This document shows positions 49,841-59,996 of a stretch of 64,000 bases of DNA, piece by piece (position 1 is the first letter of the stretch; every line of letters begins with the position of its first letter). The DNA lies in sequence record SRR22947727_788, one strand, 5' to 3'. The notes beneath the pieces were generated by a model. It searched no databases and was not told where the DNA came from. It saw only the letters and a program-made list of their open reading frames with translations. The position numbers and the translations under genes were made by a program.

Positions 49841-51214
49841 GTGTCCATAGCCCAGCTCGGCATTGTCCCCGACTCTCCGTCGGACCGCGGATATGGCGGA
49901 GATCGGACGCCGCCCCACGACGTGCTGGCGGAGCAGAGCACGCTCGGCGGAATGCTTCTGAGCAAGGACGCGGTTGCTGACGTTATCGAGGTGGTGCGCG
50001 GTCGCGACTTCTACCTGCCCAAGCATGAAATCATCTTCGATGCACTGCTCAACCTGTATTCGCATGGCGAACCAACCGATGTCATCACGGTTTCCGAAGA
50101 GCTCACCAAGACAGGCATGCTCTCGCGAGCTGGGGGTGTGGACTATCTTCACACCATCGTTTCCGTGGTTCCCACGGCTGCTAGCGCCGGCCACTATGCC
50201 GCCATCGTCGCCGACAAGGCGGTGTTGCGCCGTTTGGTGGACGCGGGCACGCGGATTGCCAACATGGGCTACGCAAGTGAGGGAGAAGTCACCGATCTGG
50301 TGAACTCCGCCCAGACCGAGATTTACCAGGTTGCGGGCGGTGTTGAGGCAGAAGATTATGTTCCGCTCACCGAGGCCGTCTCCGCTGCCGTGGACGAAAT
50401 TGAAGCTGCTCGCGGTCGTGATGGACAAATGGTGGGTGTTCCCACCGGGTTCGCGGACCTCGATGGCTTGATGAACGGGTTGCACCCAGGTCAGCTTGTC
50501 CTGATTGCCGCCCGTCCTGCTCTGGGTAAGTCGACCCTTGCGCTAGACCTCGCTCGCAACGCAGCTATCCGCTACAAGCAACCCACCATCTTTTTCTCCC
50601 TGGAAATGGGTAAGTCCGAAATCGCTATGCGTTTGCTTTCTGCGGAAACCTCCATCCCTCTGCAGAAGATGCGCAAGGGAATGGTGGAAGCCAGGGACTG
50701 GACCACCATTGCCTCGACGAGAGGTCGCATTGAGTCGGCACCTCTCTACATCGACGACAGCCCGAACATGACTCTGGTCGAGATTCGCGCTAAAGCTCGG
50801 CGATTGAAGCAGCGAGTTGGCCTCAAGATGATTGTGATCGACTACTTGCAGTTGATGACGGCTGGAAAACGGGTGGAGTCCCGCCAGCAAGAGGTGAGCG
50901 AGTTCTCTCGGGCGCTGAAATTGTTGGCCAAGGAGCTCCAGGTTCCCGTCGTGGCGCTGTCTCAGTTGAATCGTGGACCCGAGCAGCGCTCCGACCGTAA
51001 GCCCCAATTGAGCGATCTTCGTGAATCGGGATCTTTGGAGCAGGATGCGGATGTGGTCATCCTGCTGCACCGCGACAGCGCCTATGAGAAGGACAGCCCT
51101 CGCGCTGGAGAAGCAGACCTGATTGTGGCGAAGCACCGTAACGGTCCCACCGACACCATCGTCGTCGGCTTCCAGGGTCATTACTCGCGCTTCGCCGATA
51201 TGCCAAAGGTCTAA
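49841..51214 (+). CDS. dnaB: Replicative DNA helicase
   Basis: AARPALGKS, FSLEM, IDYLQL, SQLNR, DLRESGSLEQDAD, KHRNG; no intein. Confidence 0.96.
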   Translation: MSIAQLGIVPDSPSDRGYGGDRTPPHDVLAEQSTLGGMLLSKDAVADVIEVVRGRDFYLPKHEIIFDALLNLYSHGEPTDVITVSEELTKTGMLSRAGGVDYLHTIVSVVPTAASAGHYAAIVADKAVLRRLVDAGTRIANMGYASEGEVTDLVNSAQTEIYQVAGGVEAEDYVPLTEAVSAAVDEIEAARGRDGQMVGVPTGFADLDGLMNGLHPGQLVLIAARPALGKSTLALDLARNAAIRYKQPTIFFSLEMGKSEIAMRLLSAETSIPLQKMRKGMVEARDWTTIASTRGRIESAPLYIDDSPNMTLVEIRAKARRLKQRVGLKMIVIDYLQLMTAGKRVESRQQEVSEFSRALKLLAKELQVPVVALSQLNRGPEQRSDRKPQLSDLRESGSLEQDADVVILLHRDSAYEKDSPRAGEADLIVAKHRNGPTDTIVVGFQGHYSRFADMPKV

Positions 51215-51823
51215 GTGGTTCTGGGGGTCTCCAACCCTGATTACGCTGGAGAGGTGGTAGCCCAGCCTCGACAGTCGTCAGCCCTTCCCTACTATGTGGT
51301 CTCGGCGATGCGATCCATCATTGTGCTCGCCACAGGCATTGTGATTACCTTCACCCCGGGTCATTCTGCGCGTTTTGGCCTGGTGGCCCTGGGAATTCTG
51401 GGCGTTGTGAATGCCGTGGGCCTGGGACTTGTTGCCCTCGGTCTCTCGGCCACGGAAACCGGTAGGGGACTTCACCTGTGGCAGGCACTGGTTTCACTGG
51501 TAGTGGGAGCTCTTGTGCTTGCACTCCAGGAAGCGGGAATGATTCTGCTCCTGTGGGCGCTCGTGTTTTGGGCGCTCCTTGTGGGTGTGGCTGAGATTTT
51601 TTATGGCGCCCGATTGGCGCGTGGTGATGCCCTTCGCCGCGACTGGATCACCCAGGGAGCTATGACGGTCATCTTGGGTGTTGTCGTCCTGTTTCAGCCG
51701 GCGGACAGTGTGGCTGTGGTCGGTTTCCTAGGTGCGTGGGCTATCGTCCAGGGTGTCTACTTGGCCATTGCCAGCGTTGCACTTCGGTTCCCCACCACAC
51801 CAAAGGATTACTCCCATGACTGA
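51215..51823 (+). CDS. HdeD/DUF308-like membrane protein (start uncertain)
   Basis: About six short TM helices, G.WA...GV.L pattern. Confidence 0.65.
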   Translation: MVLGVSNPDYAGEVVAQPRQSSALPYYVVSAMRSIIVLATGIVITFTPGHSARFGLVALGILGVVNAVGLGLVALGLSATETGRGLHLWQALVSLVVGALVLALQEAGMILLLWALVFWALLVGVAEIFYGARLARGDALRRDWITQGAMTVILGVVVLFQPADSVAVVGFLGAWAIVQGVYLAIASVALRFPTTPKDYSHD

Positions 51824-52058
51824 GCCCACCCGGCGTCAGAAGCTTCGCCCGATTGAATACGTCATGCTCTCGGGAGTGATGGCGTTGTTTGCCGGACTGG
51901 TTGTCCTCATGGTCACGCGCGACGCCTTGCTGGCGATTATCGGCAGTGGACTGGTCTTCATCGTGGTGATTATTGGGATTGCCATGTTGCTCTTGGCAGT
52001 GTCACCGAACTCAACTCCGGATGGCCAGAAAAGCTCACCCGGAACAGGAAACGACTAA
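51816..52058 (+). CDS. Small two-TM hypothetical protein
   Basis: MTEPTRRQKLRPIEY..., SD AAGGA, overlaps the upstream stop. Confidence 0.65.
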   Translation: MTEPTRRQKLRPIEYVMLSGVMALFAGLVVLMVTRDALLAIIGSGLVFIVVIIGIAMLLLAVSPNSTPDGQKSSPGTGND

Positions 52059-52061
52059 GCC

Positions 52062-53450
52062 TTAGTCGAGATAGTCAACAAGGGCCGAGGCGAGCCCCAC
52101 GTAGCCTTCGGGTGTCAGCTTCGACAGGCGCTTCTTCGCGTCCTCGGAGATATCAAGCCCTTGAACGAAAGCCGCGAGAGTAGCGGCGTCGACTTTGTTT
52201 CCTCGCGTCAACTCTTTGACGATGGCATAGGGGTCTGTCTCTGCGGAATTCCCGCGGACAATCTCTGCGCGCATGACGGTTTGGATGGCCTCAGCGAGAA
52301 CTTCCCAGTTCGCTTGGAGGTCGGCTGAGAGGGCACCCTCATCGAGGGAAATCTCGTGGAGACCCTTCTGCAGATTGGTGAGCGCCAACAATGAGTGCCC
52401 GAATCCCACACCAATGTTGCGTTGAGTGGTCGAGTCGGTCAGGTCGCGTTGCAATCGTGAGGTCACCAGGGTTGCGGCAAGTCCTTCCAACAGCGAGCTG
52501 GAGATTTCCAGATTGGCTTCGGCGTTCTCGAAGCGAATGGGGTTGATCTTGTGGGGCATTGTCGACGATCCGGTCGCACCGGGTTCGGGAATCTGGGTGA
52601 GGTAGCCGACGGAAATGTAGGTCCAGACGTCAGTCGCCAGGTTGTGCAGGATGCGGTTGGCGTGAGAAATCGTGGTAAAGAGTTCCGCGGCGGCATCGTG
52701 GGACTCAATTTGAGTAGTCAGAGGATTCCAGGTGAGGCCAAGTCCTTCGACAAAGTTCTTGCTCACAATCGGCCAGTTGACACCGGGTTCTGCCACCACG
52801 TGGGCTGAGAACGTTCCTGTTGCTCCGGAGAATTTGGCGAGGTAGGGAACGCGAGCGATGCGCTCACGCACCCGAACGAGCCTGCCCACAAAGACGGCAA
52901 GTTCTTTTCCAAACGTTGTGGGGGTGGCGGGTTGGCCGTGTGTTTTGGCCAGCATCGGAGCGTCACGCCAGTTGCGAGACAGTTCTGTCAGTCGGGTGAC
53001 CACGTCATCGAAAGCGGGAAGCCACACGTGGGCGAGAGCGTCCCGGGTGACCATGGCGTAAGAGACATTATTGATGTCCTCACTCGTGCACCCAAAGTGA
53101 ACGAGCTCGCTCAAGCTCTCGAGCTGGTGGGCCTTCAGCACGTCGCGAACGTAGTACTCGATCGCTTTGACATCGTGCTTGGTGACCGCTTCGAACGCCG
53201 CGATTTGTGCAATATCTTCGGGCCCAAAGTTCTCGACAACAGATCGCAGGGCCTCTACTGTCGCGGCGGGGAGTGGGGTGGACCCGGCGACTCCCTCAGC
53301 GCACAACGTAATCAGCCACTCGATTTCGACGGTAACGCGCGCTCGATTCAGTGCTGCCTCTGAGAAGTACTCGCCGAGAGCTTCTGTTGCGGGACGGTAG
53401 CGTCCATCCAGCGGACTGAGGGGTTGGTGGCCCAAGGGCGACATGGTCAC
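52062..53450 (-). CDS. purB: Adenylosuccinate lyase
   Basis: SPLDGRY, HDVKAIEY, TSEDINN, THGQPA, GSSTMPHKINP. Confidence 0.95.
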   Translation of the reverse strand: MTMSPLGHQPLSPLDGRYRPATEALGEYFSEAALNRARVTVEIEWLITLCAEGVAGSTPLPAATVEALRSVVENFGPEDIAQIAAFEAVTKHDVKAIEYYVRDVLKAHQLESLSELVHFGCTSEDINNVSYAMVTRDALAHVWLPAFDDVVTRLTELSRNWRDAPMLAKTHGQPATPTTFGKELAVFVGRLVRVRERIARVPYLAKFSGATGTFSAHVVAEPGVNWPIVSKNFVEGLGLTWNPLTTQIESHDAAAELFTTISHANRILHNLATDVWTYISVGYLTQIPEPGATGSSTMPHKINPIRFENAEANLEISSSLLEGLAATLVTSRLQRDLTDSTTQRNIGVGFGHSLLALTNLQKGLHEISLDEGALSADLQANWEVLAEAIQTVMRAEIVRGNSAETDPYAIVKELTRGNKVDAATLAAFVQGLDISEDAKKRLSKLTPEGYVGLASALVDYLD

Positions 53451-53593
53451 CTTCCTGTCTGGGAGATTTCCCTCTCCTATTCTTCCCTATTTTGCTGTCC
53501 ACTGGGGAGTGGCGCCCAGGTTTTGTGTGGTCTGTGCTGATGTGAACTGGCTCTGGCGGGAACGCAAGCCACACTCCCCTCGGGAGAACAGTG

Positions 53594-53788
53594 ATGGATG
53601 ATGCATATCGGGCTGGCATGCACGCAGGTCATCTGCGCCGTATTGCACTCGAGCTCGAGCGCTCCCTGCCCTCCGGTGAGTGGAGAGGCCCCTCCGAACT
53701 CGAATGCCGTCTACGCGTGATGGACATCCATGCTGACCTCCTTCGAGTGGCGCGACTCCTCGAGATTGTCGCGCGGGAGAGTGATTGA
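53594..53788 (+). CDS. Small helical protein with central WxG motif
   Basis: About 64 aa, helix-WRG-helix; SD GGAG; stop overlaps the next start (TGATG). Confidence 0.5.
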   Translation: MDDAYRAGMHAGHLRRIALELERSLPSGEWRGPSELECRLRVMDIHADLLRVARLLEIVARESD

Positions 53789-54915
53789 TGGGCGGACACC
53801 CCTTCTGGATACATGACCCCACCACCGTCACGGTCTGTGACGAGTTTGTGTATGCGCTGTTGGTGACGCTCGATCGCCATGCGGCTGTCTTGACCCGCGT
53901 CTGGTCTGATCTCTCTCCCAGGGACAATCCCGGAGCTCCTCCTTTCGAGATACCCAGTACGCCTCCCGTGGAGTGGAGTTCCGCCCGCCATGGACTCAGC
54001 GAGGCACTGGATGACCTCACCTGGCTCCGAGGGTCTCTCCTTGCCTATGCCCGGGCAACAGCGGATCAAGAGCGCGCTCGTGCCCTGGCCTGGGGTGAGC
54101 CCGCAGAGCGTGCACTCGCTCTCGGGGTGTCCCTGATGAGTGGAGCAAATCTCGAGGGAGCGCTCAGTTCCAACCCGATAGGTCACGCGGCCAAGACCAT
54201 CGGAGGCGGGATTCCTCGAGTGCATGAGGTGGTGGTGAGTGAATCCAGCGGGAAACCGGTGATGGCGCAAGCCCCTCAGTCGGTGGGTGATCGCGTGGCG
54301 CGGATTCCCGAGACAGATAATCCCATACGCGTCGAGAGATATGTCGACAGTGCGGGGAGGGCTCATTCGGAGGTCTATATCGCGGGAACCCATGACTGGG
54401 GGAGGGGCACGACAGAGGAACCTTTTGATGTGAATAGCAACATCGCTCTCGTGGCCGGGATCCCGGCAGCATCCCTAGTGGGTGTGCAGAGCGCGATGAC
54501 GCGAGCGGGCATCAAGCATGGTGAAAGAGTGACCTTTACGGGCCACTCTCAAGGCGGCATGATTGCCGCTCGCCTTGCGGAATCCGGAAGGTATCGAACG
54601 ACCGGGCTTGTTGTGGTGGGATCGCCTACCGGAACTCTCAGCGCCACTGGTGGATACCCGGCACTCGCGCTCCGCCACACCGATGATGTGGTGCCGCGCC
54701 TTGGTGGTAGCGATCAGGGGTCAGGGTTCACCACCATCGAAAGAGCTAGCACCAGCCCAATCGGGGATGTGGTCGGTGCCCACAAGAAATCTGGTTACGT
54801 TCAGATGGCCCGAGACCTTGATTCCTCGCCGGCTGTAGCGCACTTTCCCGAGATACCCAACGCGTCAGGGAGCGCCGAGGCTCGGGTCTTCAGCGCACAG
54901 CGGGTGAGTGGCTAG
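53788..54915 (+). CDS. Alpha/beta-hydrolase (lipase-like) with N-terminal helical extension
   Basis: VYIAGT, GHSQGG nucleophile elbow, GSP, HTDDVVP, AH..Y. Confidence 0.75.
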   Translation: MGGHPFWIHDPTTVTVCDEFVYALLVTLDRHAAVLTRVWSDLSPRDNPGAPPFEIPSTPPVEWSSARHGLSEALDDLTWLRGSLLAYARATADQERARALAWGEPAERALALGVSLMSGANLEGALSSNPIGHAAKTIGGGIPRVHEVVVSESSGKPVMAQAPQSVGDRVARIPETDNPIRVERYVDSAGRAHSEVYIAGTHDWGRGTTEEPFDVNSNIALVAGIPAASLVGVQSAMTRAGIKHGERVTFTGHSQGGMIAARLAESGRYRTTGLVVVGSPTGTLSATGGYPALALRHTDDVVPRLGGSDQGSGFTTIERASTSPIGDVVGAHKKSGYVQMARDLDSSPAVAHFPEIPNASGSAEARVFSAQRVSG

Positions 54916-55331
54916 CGGCGTTTGCCCACGAACGGGCGCAACACCATGCCAATAATCCAGCTGGAAAGGCTCAGCACGAGCGCGCCGATGATTCCCCAGT
55001 AAAAGTCTTGGACAAAAAGACCAAAGCCCAACCACTGTGACACCAGCGTCACCAACAACAGCAACAGGGCATTGACGACGAGAGCGATCAACCCCAGGGT
55101 GAGGACATACAGGGGGAAGGCGACAATCCGAATCGCGTTGCCGACAATGCCGTTGATAAGACCAAACACGAACGCGATGAACACGTAGCTCACGATGAGT
55201 TCGAGGCTTGGCCCACCGGCAATGACGGGCTCACCCTCGGCGTAGGCGACCATCGTGAGACCGGGAACAATCCACACTGCGATAGCAAGCGCCACAGAAT
55301 TCACCAACAGTCGAACAAGAAAACGAAGCAT
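54912..55331 (-). CDS. Four-TM 'phage holin family' (DUF360-like) membrane protein
   Basis: FGLIN..V, PLYVLTLGL..LVVNALLL. Confidence 0.8.
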   Translation of the reverse strand: MLRFLVRLLVNSVALAIAVWIVPGLTMVAYAEGEPVIAGGPSLELIVSYVFIAFVFGLINGIVGNAIRIVAFPLYVLTLGLIALVVNALLLLLVTLVSQWLGFGLFVQDFYWGIIGALVLSLSSWIIGMVLRPFVGKRR

Positions 55332-55454
55332 GGACTAACTATGCCTGCTCATTCTTTTTCGCGCCAATGGTGTGTGCTGCGAACAGCATTTTCCGGATGT
55401 CGTTGTAACTAGGCAATGGCTCGCCGGAAAGAAGTGCCCCGCTAGATTAGAGCC

Positions 55455-56573
55455 ATGCCGTACACCGATGCCACCCTGCGCCTCGTGGCACCAGACGGTC
55501 AACTTGTTCATACGGACCGCAACGAGATCTATCATCAGGCGATTGCTCACCTCACTGAGGCGGAGCTTCTGGAGTTCTATCGCGTCATGGCGGTGGTGCG
55601 CCGCTTCGATGTGGAAGCGGGAAACCTCCAGAGGCAGGGCCAAATGGCACTCTGGGTTCCCAGCATCGGTCAGGAAGCTGCGCAAGTGGGGTCCGGCTTC
55701 GCGACTCGCCCTCAGGACAATATTTTCCCTGCCTATCGTGAGCACTCTGTCGCCTATCTCAAAGGGCTAGACCTTCTGGACATCATTCGGATGTTGCGCG
55801 GAATCACCAACGGCGGGTGGGACCCGAAGACCTCACAGAACTTTCATCTCTACACCCTCGTGATTGGGTCTCACACACTTCACGCCACCGGCTATGCGAT
55901 GGGTATTGGGTTTGATGGAAAGTGTGGTTCAGGCGATCTGGATGCTGACGAAGCCGTCTTGGTGTATTTCGGGGATGGCGCCACGAGTCAGGGTGACACC
56001 AATGAGGCCATGATTTTTGCCCAGAGTTACCAAACGCCACAGGTCTTTTTCCTGCAGAACAATCACTGGGCGATTTCTGTCCCTGTGCGGGTTCAATCCC
56101 GGACACCACTGTTTGAGCGCGCAGCAGGCTTCGGTCTTCCCAGTATTCAAATCGATGGCAACGATGTGTTGATGAGTTATGCCGCCACTCGCTTGTCCAT
56201 GGACGCCGCCCGGTCAGGTCAAGGTCCCCACTTCATCGAGGCCCTGACCTACCGCATCGGCGCTCACACCACTAGCGATGACCCCACGAAGTATCGGGAT
56301 GAGGACGAGCTAGCGTTTTGGCAAGCCCACGACCCGATCGATCGCTACCGCTCCTATCTCGAGGGATTGGGTGTCCAGGAAAGCTTCTTCGCGCAGGTCG
56401 CCACTGAGGCTGAGGACTACGCCGCTGATATTCGTCAGCGAACTCTTGCTCTTGAGTCGCCACCGATGGCGGAGATTTTCCAGCACGTTTTCACTGACCC
56501 CCACCCCGTTATTGAGGCGGAGCACGAAGCGCTCGAGGCCTATATGGCGTCCTTCGAGGAGGCCGGCGAATGA
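55455..56573 (+). CDS. pdhA: Pyruvate/2-oxoacid dehydrogenase E1 alpha
   Basis: GQEAAQ, FGDGATSQGD..NN, HTTSDDP. Confidence 0.88.
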   Translation: MPYTDATLRLVAPDGQLVHTDRNEIYHQAIAHLTEAELLEFYRVMAVVRRFDVEAGNLQRQGQMALWVPSIGQEAAQVGSGFATRPQDNIFPAYREHSVAYLKGLDLLDIIRMLRGITNGGWDPKTSQNFHLYTLVIGSHTLHATGYAMGIGFDGKCGSGDLDADEAVLVYFGDGATSQGDTNEAMIFAQSYQTPQVFFLQNNHWAISVPVRVQSRTPLFERAAGFGLPSIQIDGNDVLMSYAATRLSMDAARSGQGPHFIEALTYRIGAHTTSDDPTKYRDEDELAFWQAHDPIDRYRSYLEGLGVQESFFAQVATEAEDYAADIRQRTLALESPPMAEIFQHVFTDPHPVIEAEHEALEAYMASFEEAGE

Positions 56574-57544
56574 CCGACTTCCCGCTCGCTAAAGCCATCA
56601 CGGAAGGGCTGAAAGCCGCGATGTCCCAGGACCCGTCGGTGATGTTGATGGGTGAGGACATTGCTCAACTCGGTGGAGTGTTCCGCGTCACGGAGGGACT
56701 CCAAGAAGAATTTGGCCCCAACCGAGTCATTGATACTCCCTTGGCGGAGTCGGGGATTGTGGGAACGGCGATTGGTCTGGCCATGCGTGGATACCGGCCG
56801 GTCTGTGAAATCCAGTTCGATGGTTTTCTCTACCCGGCCTTTGACCAAATCGTCACTCAGCTGGCGAAGCTCACTGCTCGCCATGAGGGAACGCAGTCTT
56901 TCCCCGTGGTGATCCGGATTCCCTATGGCGGACACATCGGTGCAGTGGAGCACCACCAGGAGAGCCCCGAAGCCTATTTCGCTCACACTGCAGGTCTTCG
57001 TGTGGTGTCTCCTGCGACCCCACACGACGCGTATTGGTTGATTCAGGATGCGATTGCCTCGAATGACCCGGTCATTTATCTGGAGCCAAAAAGTCGCTAC
57101 TGGCACAAAGGGCCGATCGACACGACTGCTTCCGGTGCTCAGATGGGTCAGGCTCGAGTGGTCCGCCAGGGTAGCGATCTGACGCTGATCGGCCACGGCG
57201 CCATGGTCAGCGTGATGCACCAGGCTGCAGAGATTGCGCAGAGCGAGGGTGTGAGCCTTGAGTTGATCGACCTGCGCTCGCTGTCCCCCATTGATTACGA
57301 CACGATTCTCGACTCTGTGCGCCGCACCGGTCGCGCCATAGTGGCGCAGGAAGCACCGGGCAATGCCAGTGTGGGCAGCGAGATCGCCGCAACCCTTACG
57401 GAGAAAGCGTTCTATGTGATGGAGGCTCCTGTTCTTCGGGTGAGTGGGTTCAATACCCCCTTCCCGCCAGCGAGACTCGAGTCTCTGTATCTCCCCGATG
57501 CGGACCGCATACTTGACGCGGTGGATAGAAGCCTGGCTTACTGA
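56570..57544 (+). CDS. pdhB: Pyruvate/2-oxoacid dehydrogenase E1 beta
   Basis: GEDI..GGVFR, DTPLAE, EIQF, DLRSL.P.D. Confidence 0.88.
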   Translation: MTDFPLAKAITEGLKAAMSQDPSVMLMGEDIAQLGGVFRVTEGLQEEFGPNRVIDTPLAESGIVGTAIGLAMRGYRPVCEIQFDGFLYPAFDQIVTQLAKLTARHEGTQSFPVVIRIPYGGHIGAVEHHQESPEAYFAHTAGLRVVSPATPHDAYWLIQDAIASNDPVIYLEPKSRYWHKGPIDTTASGAQMGQARVVRQGSDLTLIGHGAMVSVMHQAAEIAQSEGVSLELIDLRSLSPIDYDTILDSVRRTGRAIVAQEAPGNASVGSEIAATLTEKAFYVMEAPVLRVSGFNTPFPPARLESLYLPDADRILDAVDRSLAY

Positions 57545-57567
57545 TGGCTAGCGCGTAAGGAGCAACC

Positions 57568-58884
57568 GTGTCGCACTTTACTTTTCCTCTGCCCGATGTT
57601 GGCGAGGGTTTGACCGAGGCCGAGATCGTGAGCTGGCGGGTCAAGCCGGGTGACGAGGTCGCGGTTAACCAGGTTGTCTGCGAAATTGAGACCGCAAAGT
57701 CACTCGTCGAGCTGCCTTCTCCTTTCCACGGAGTCGTCAACGAGCTCCTGGTGAGCGAGGGCGACACGGTTCAGGTCGGTACGCCGATCATGAGCGTCGC
57801 AGGCGATGGCGCTGAGTCACCACCGGACACGGGCGTAACGGATGCTGTCGGTGACGCCGAGAGCAGTGTCACTCATGAGGCCGCTGAACCTAAGAACCTC
57901 GTGGGGTACGGCACGGGACCCTCCACTCCGACATCTCGGCGCAAGCGCGCCCAGGCTCCTGCGGACGCTCCGGTGGTCACACCTGCTCCCGCTCAGAGGG
58001 CGGACCTTCCGCTCGCAGATTCGAGTCCTGTCATCGCGAAGCCTCCAATTCGTAAGTTGGCGAAAGACCTGGGCGTGAGCCTAGAGGCCGTCACCGGAAG
58101 CGGTATCGGTGGAGAGATTCTTCGCGATGATGTGATTCGTCACGCTGGCCAGGCAACGGTGTTTCGCAATCTGGAAACCCCCGAGTGGCCAGAGAACAGG
58201 GAAGACCGCATTCCGGTCAAGGGTGTTCGCAAAGCGATTGCCCAGGCGATGGTCAAGAGCATGTTCACCGCCCCGCACGTCTCAGTATTCGTGGATGTCG
58301 ATGCCACCAGGACGATGGATTTCGTGAAGCGACTCAAGGCGTCGCCCGATTTTGCCGGTATCAAGGTGTCGCCTCTGTTGGTGATGGTCAAAGCCATGAT
58401 TTGGGCGGTTCAGAGAAACCCCACGGTGAACTCAACCTGGACGGAAGAGGAAATCATCGTCCACCACTTCGTCAACATGGGTGTTGCGGCCGCAACACCT
58501 CGGGGCCTCATTGTTCCCAACGTCAAGGAGGCTCAGTCTTTGAGCCTTCGGGATTTGGCGATGGCGTTGGAAAAACTCACGCTCACCGCCCGTGAAGGAA
58601 AAACCACTCCGGAGGAGATGTCGGGGGGAACGATCACAATCACCAACTTGGGGTCGTTCGGCGTGGACACCGGAACTCCGATTTTGAACCCGGGTGAGGT
58701 GACGATTGTTGCCTTGGGCACGATCAAACCGAAGCCGTGGGTGGTGAATGGTGAAATTCGAGCCCGGATGGTGACCACCGTGGCGGCAAGTTTTGACCAT
58801 CGAGTCGTGGATGGTGATGTCGCGAGCAAATTCGTGGCCGATGTTGCCGCGGTCATGGAGGAACCCGCCCTGCTCCTTGATTGA
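57568..58884 (+). CDS. pdhC: Dihydrolipoamide acyltransferase E2
   Basis: LPDVGEG, ETAKS lipoyl site, DHRVVDG. Confidence 0.88.
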   Translation: MSHFTFPLPDVGEGLTEAEIVSWRVKPGDEVAVNQVVCEIETAKSLVELPSPFHGVVNELLVSEGDTVQVGTPIMSVAGDGAESPPDTGVTDAVGDAESSVTHEAAEPKNLVGYGTGPSTPTSRRKRAQAPADAPVVTPAPAQRADLPLADSSPVIAKPPIRKLAKDLGVSLEAVTGSGIGGEILRDDVIRHAGQATVFRNLETPEWPENREDRIPVKGVRKAIAQAMVKSMFTAPHVSVFVDVDATRTMDFVKRLKASPDFAGIKVSPLLVMVKAMIWAVQRNPTVNSTWTEEEIIVHHFVNMGVAAATPRGLIVPNVKEAQSLSLRDLAMALEKLTLTAREGKTTPEEMSGGTITITNLGSFGVDTGTPILNPGEVTIVALGTIKPKPWVVNGEIRARMVTTVAASFDHRVVDGDVASKFVADVAAVMEEPALLLD

Positions 58885-58886
58885 GT

Positions 58887-58916
58887 TTGACAATCATTCT
58901 CATTAAGGTTTAGTCT
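58887..58916 (+). promoter_or_regulatory. Zur-type box overlapping the znuA promoter
   Basis: TGACAATCATTCTCA (58888-58902) 7-1-7 palindrome over -35 TTGACA; -10 TAGTCT 58911-58916. Confidence 0.8.
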
Positions 58917-58923
58917 CGACCTC

Positions 58924-59991
58924 ATGAGACCTTCACTTCTTATCGCCGGCGCAGCCGCTACCGTCCTCGTTCTCGCATCGTGCTCTCCCACTACCCCGGA
59001 TGAGCCAGCAGACGCGACCGCAGAGAATTCTCCCACCACCGCACAAGCGCAGGACGCTCCTTCAGTGGTGGTCACGACAACTGTGCTGGGCAGTGTGGTG
59101 GGAGAGATTCTTACCTGTGCGCTCGGTGATGATTCGTCGATGTCGGTCCTTATGCCTATTGGCGCGGATCCCCACGACTTCCAAGCGTCGTCAGCTCAGG
59201 TGGCGCTCATGGCGAGCGCAGACCTTGTCGTGGCTAACGGCTTGGGGTTGGAAGAGGGAGTTGTGGATGCCATCGAAAACGTTGAAGCAGATGGCGTCTC
59301 TGTGCTCGAAATTGCAGCCCTAGTCGACCCGCTGCCCTTCGGAGAAGAGCACGAGGAAGAGCACTCTGAGGAAGAGTCCCACGATGACCACGGGCACGAG
59401 GATGAGCACTCCGACGAGGAAGACCATTCTGAGGAAGAGTCCCACGACGATCACGGTCACGGGGAATTTGACCCCCACTTCTGGTTCGATATGGAACGTA
59501 TGGCACTGGCCGCAGAACTGATTGGTGCCGAGCTCGCGGTGAACGGTGACGAGAGCTTTGCTTCCTGTGGTGAGAGCGTTGCCGGAGAGATTCGGGCTAC
59601 TGACGTCCTGGTGGCCGACACTCTGTCGAGCGTCCAGGAAGCCAACCGGGTTCTGGTAACCGATCACGATGCACTGGGTTACCTCGCGGAGCGCTATGAC
59701 TTCGAGGTCGTCGGCGTAGTCATCCCCGGCGGTTCAACCCTGGGTGATGCCAACTCGAGTGACCTCGCTGATTTGGTCGCGACCATTCAGAACGAGGGAG
59801 TGCGAGCCATTTTCGGGAACACTGCTGGCTCACCTGCCCTGCTTGAGACTCTCGCTGCCGAGGTGGGAGGCGATGTTCAGGTCGTTGAGCTCTTCGTGGG
59901 GAGCCTGGGTGGCCCGGGGTCCGGCGCGGAGAGTTACGCCGGCATGATGACAACTAACGCAACACGGATCGCTTCAGCGCTGGCAGACTGA
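58924..59991 (+). CDS. znuA: Zn/Mn ABC transporter substrate-binding lipoprotein
   Basis: Lipobox LASC, DPHDF, NGLGLE, His/Glu-rich loop, DPHFW, HDA..Y. Confidence 0.88.
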   Translation: MRPSLLIAGAAATVLVLASCSPTTPDEPADATAENSPTTAQAQDAPSVVVTTTVLGSVVGEILTCALGDDSSMSVLMPIGADPHDFQASSAQVALMASADLVVANGLGLEEGVVDAIENVEADGVSVLEIAALVDPLPFGEEHEEEHSEEESHDDHGHEDEHSDEEDHSEEESHDDHGHGEFDPHFWFDMERMALAAELIGAELAVNGDESFASCGESVAGEIRATDVLVADTLSSVQEANRVLVTDHDALGYLAERYDFEVVGVVIPGGSTLGDANSSDLADLVATIQNEGVRAIFGNTAGSPALLETLAAEVGGDVQVVELFVGSLGGPGSGAESYAGMMTTNATRIASALAD

Positions 59992-59996
59992 GCACT

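Noticed and set aside
54912-55331. Prophage suggested by the holin-family gene
   Set aside because: This four-TM family is commonly chromosomal in Actinobacteria, and no phage genes flank it.
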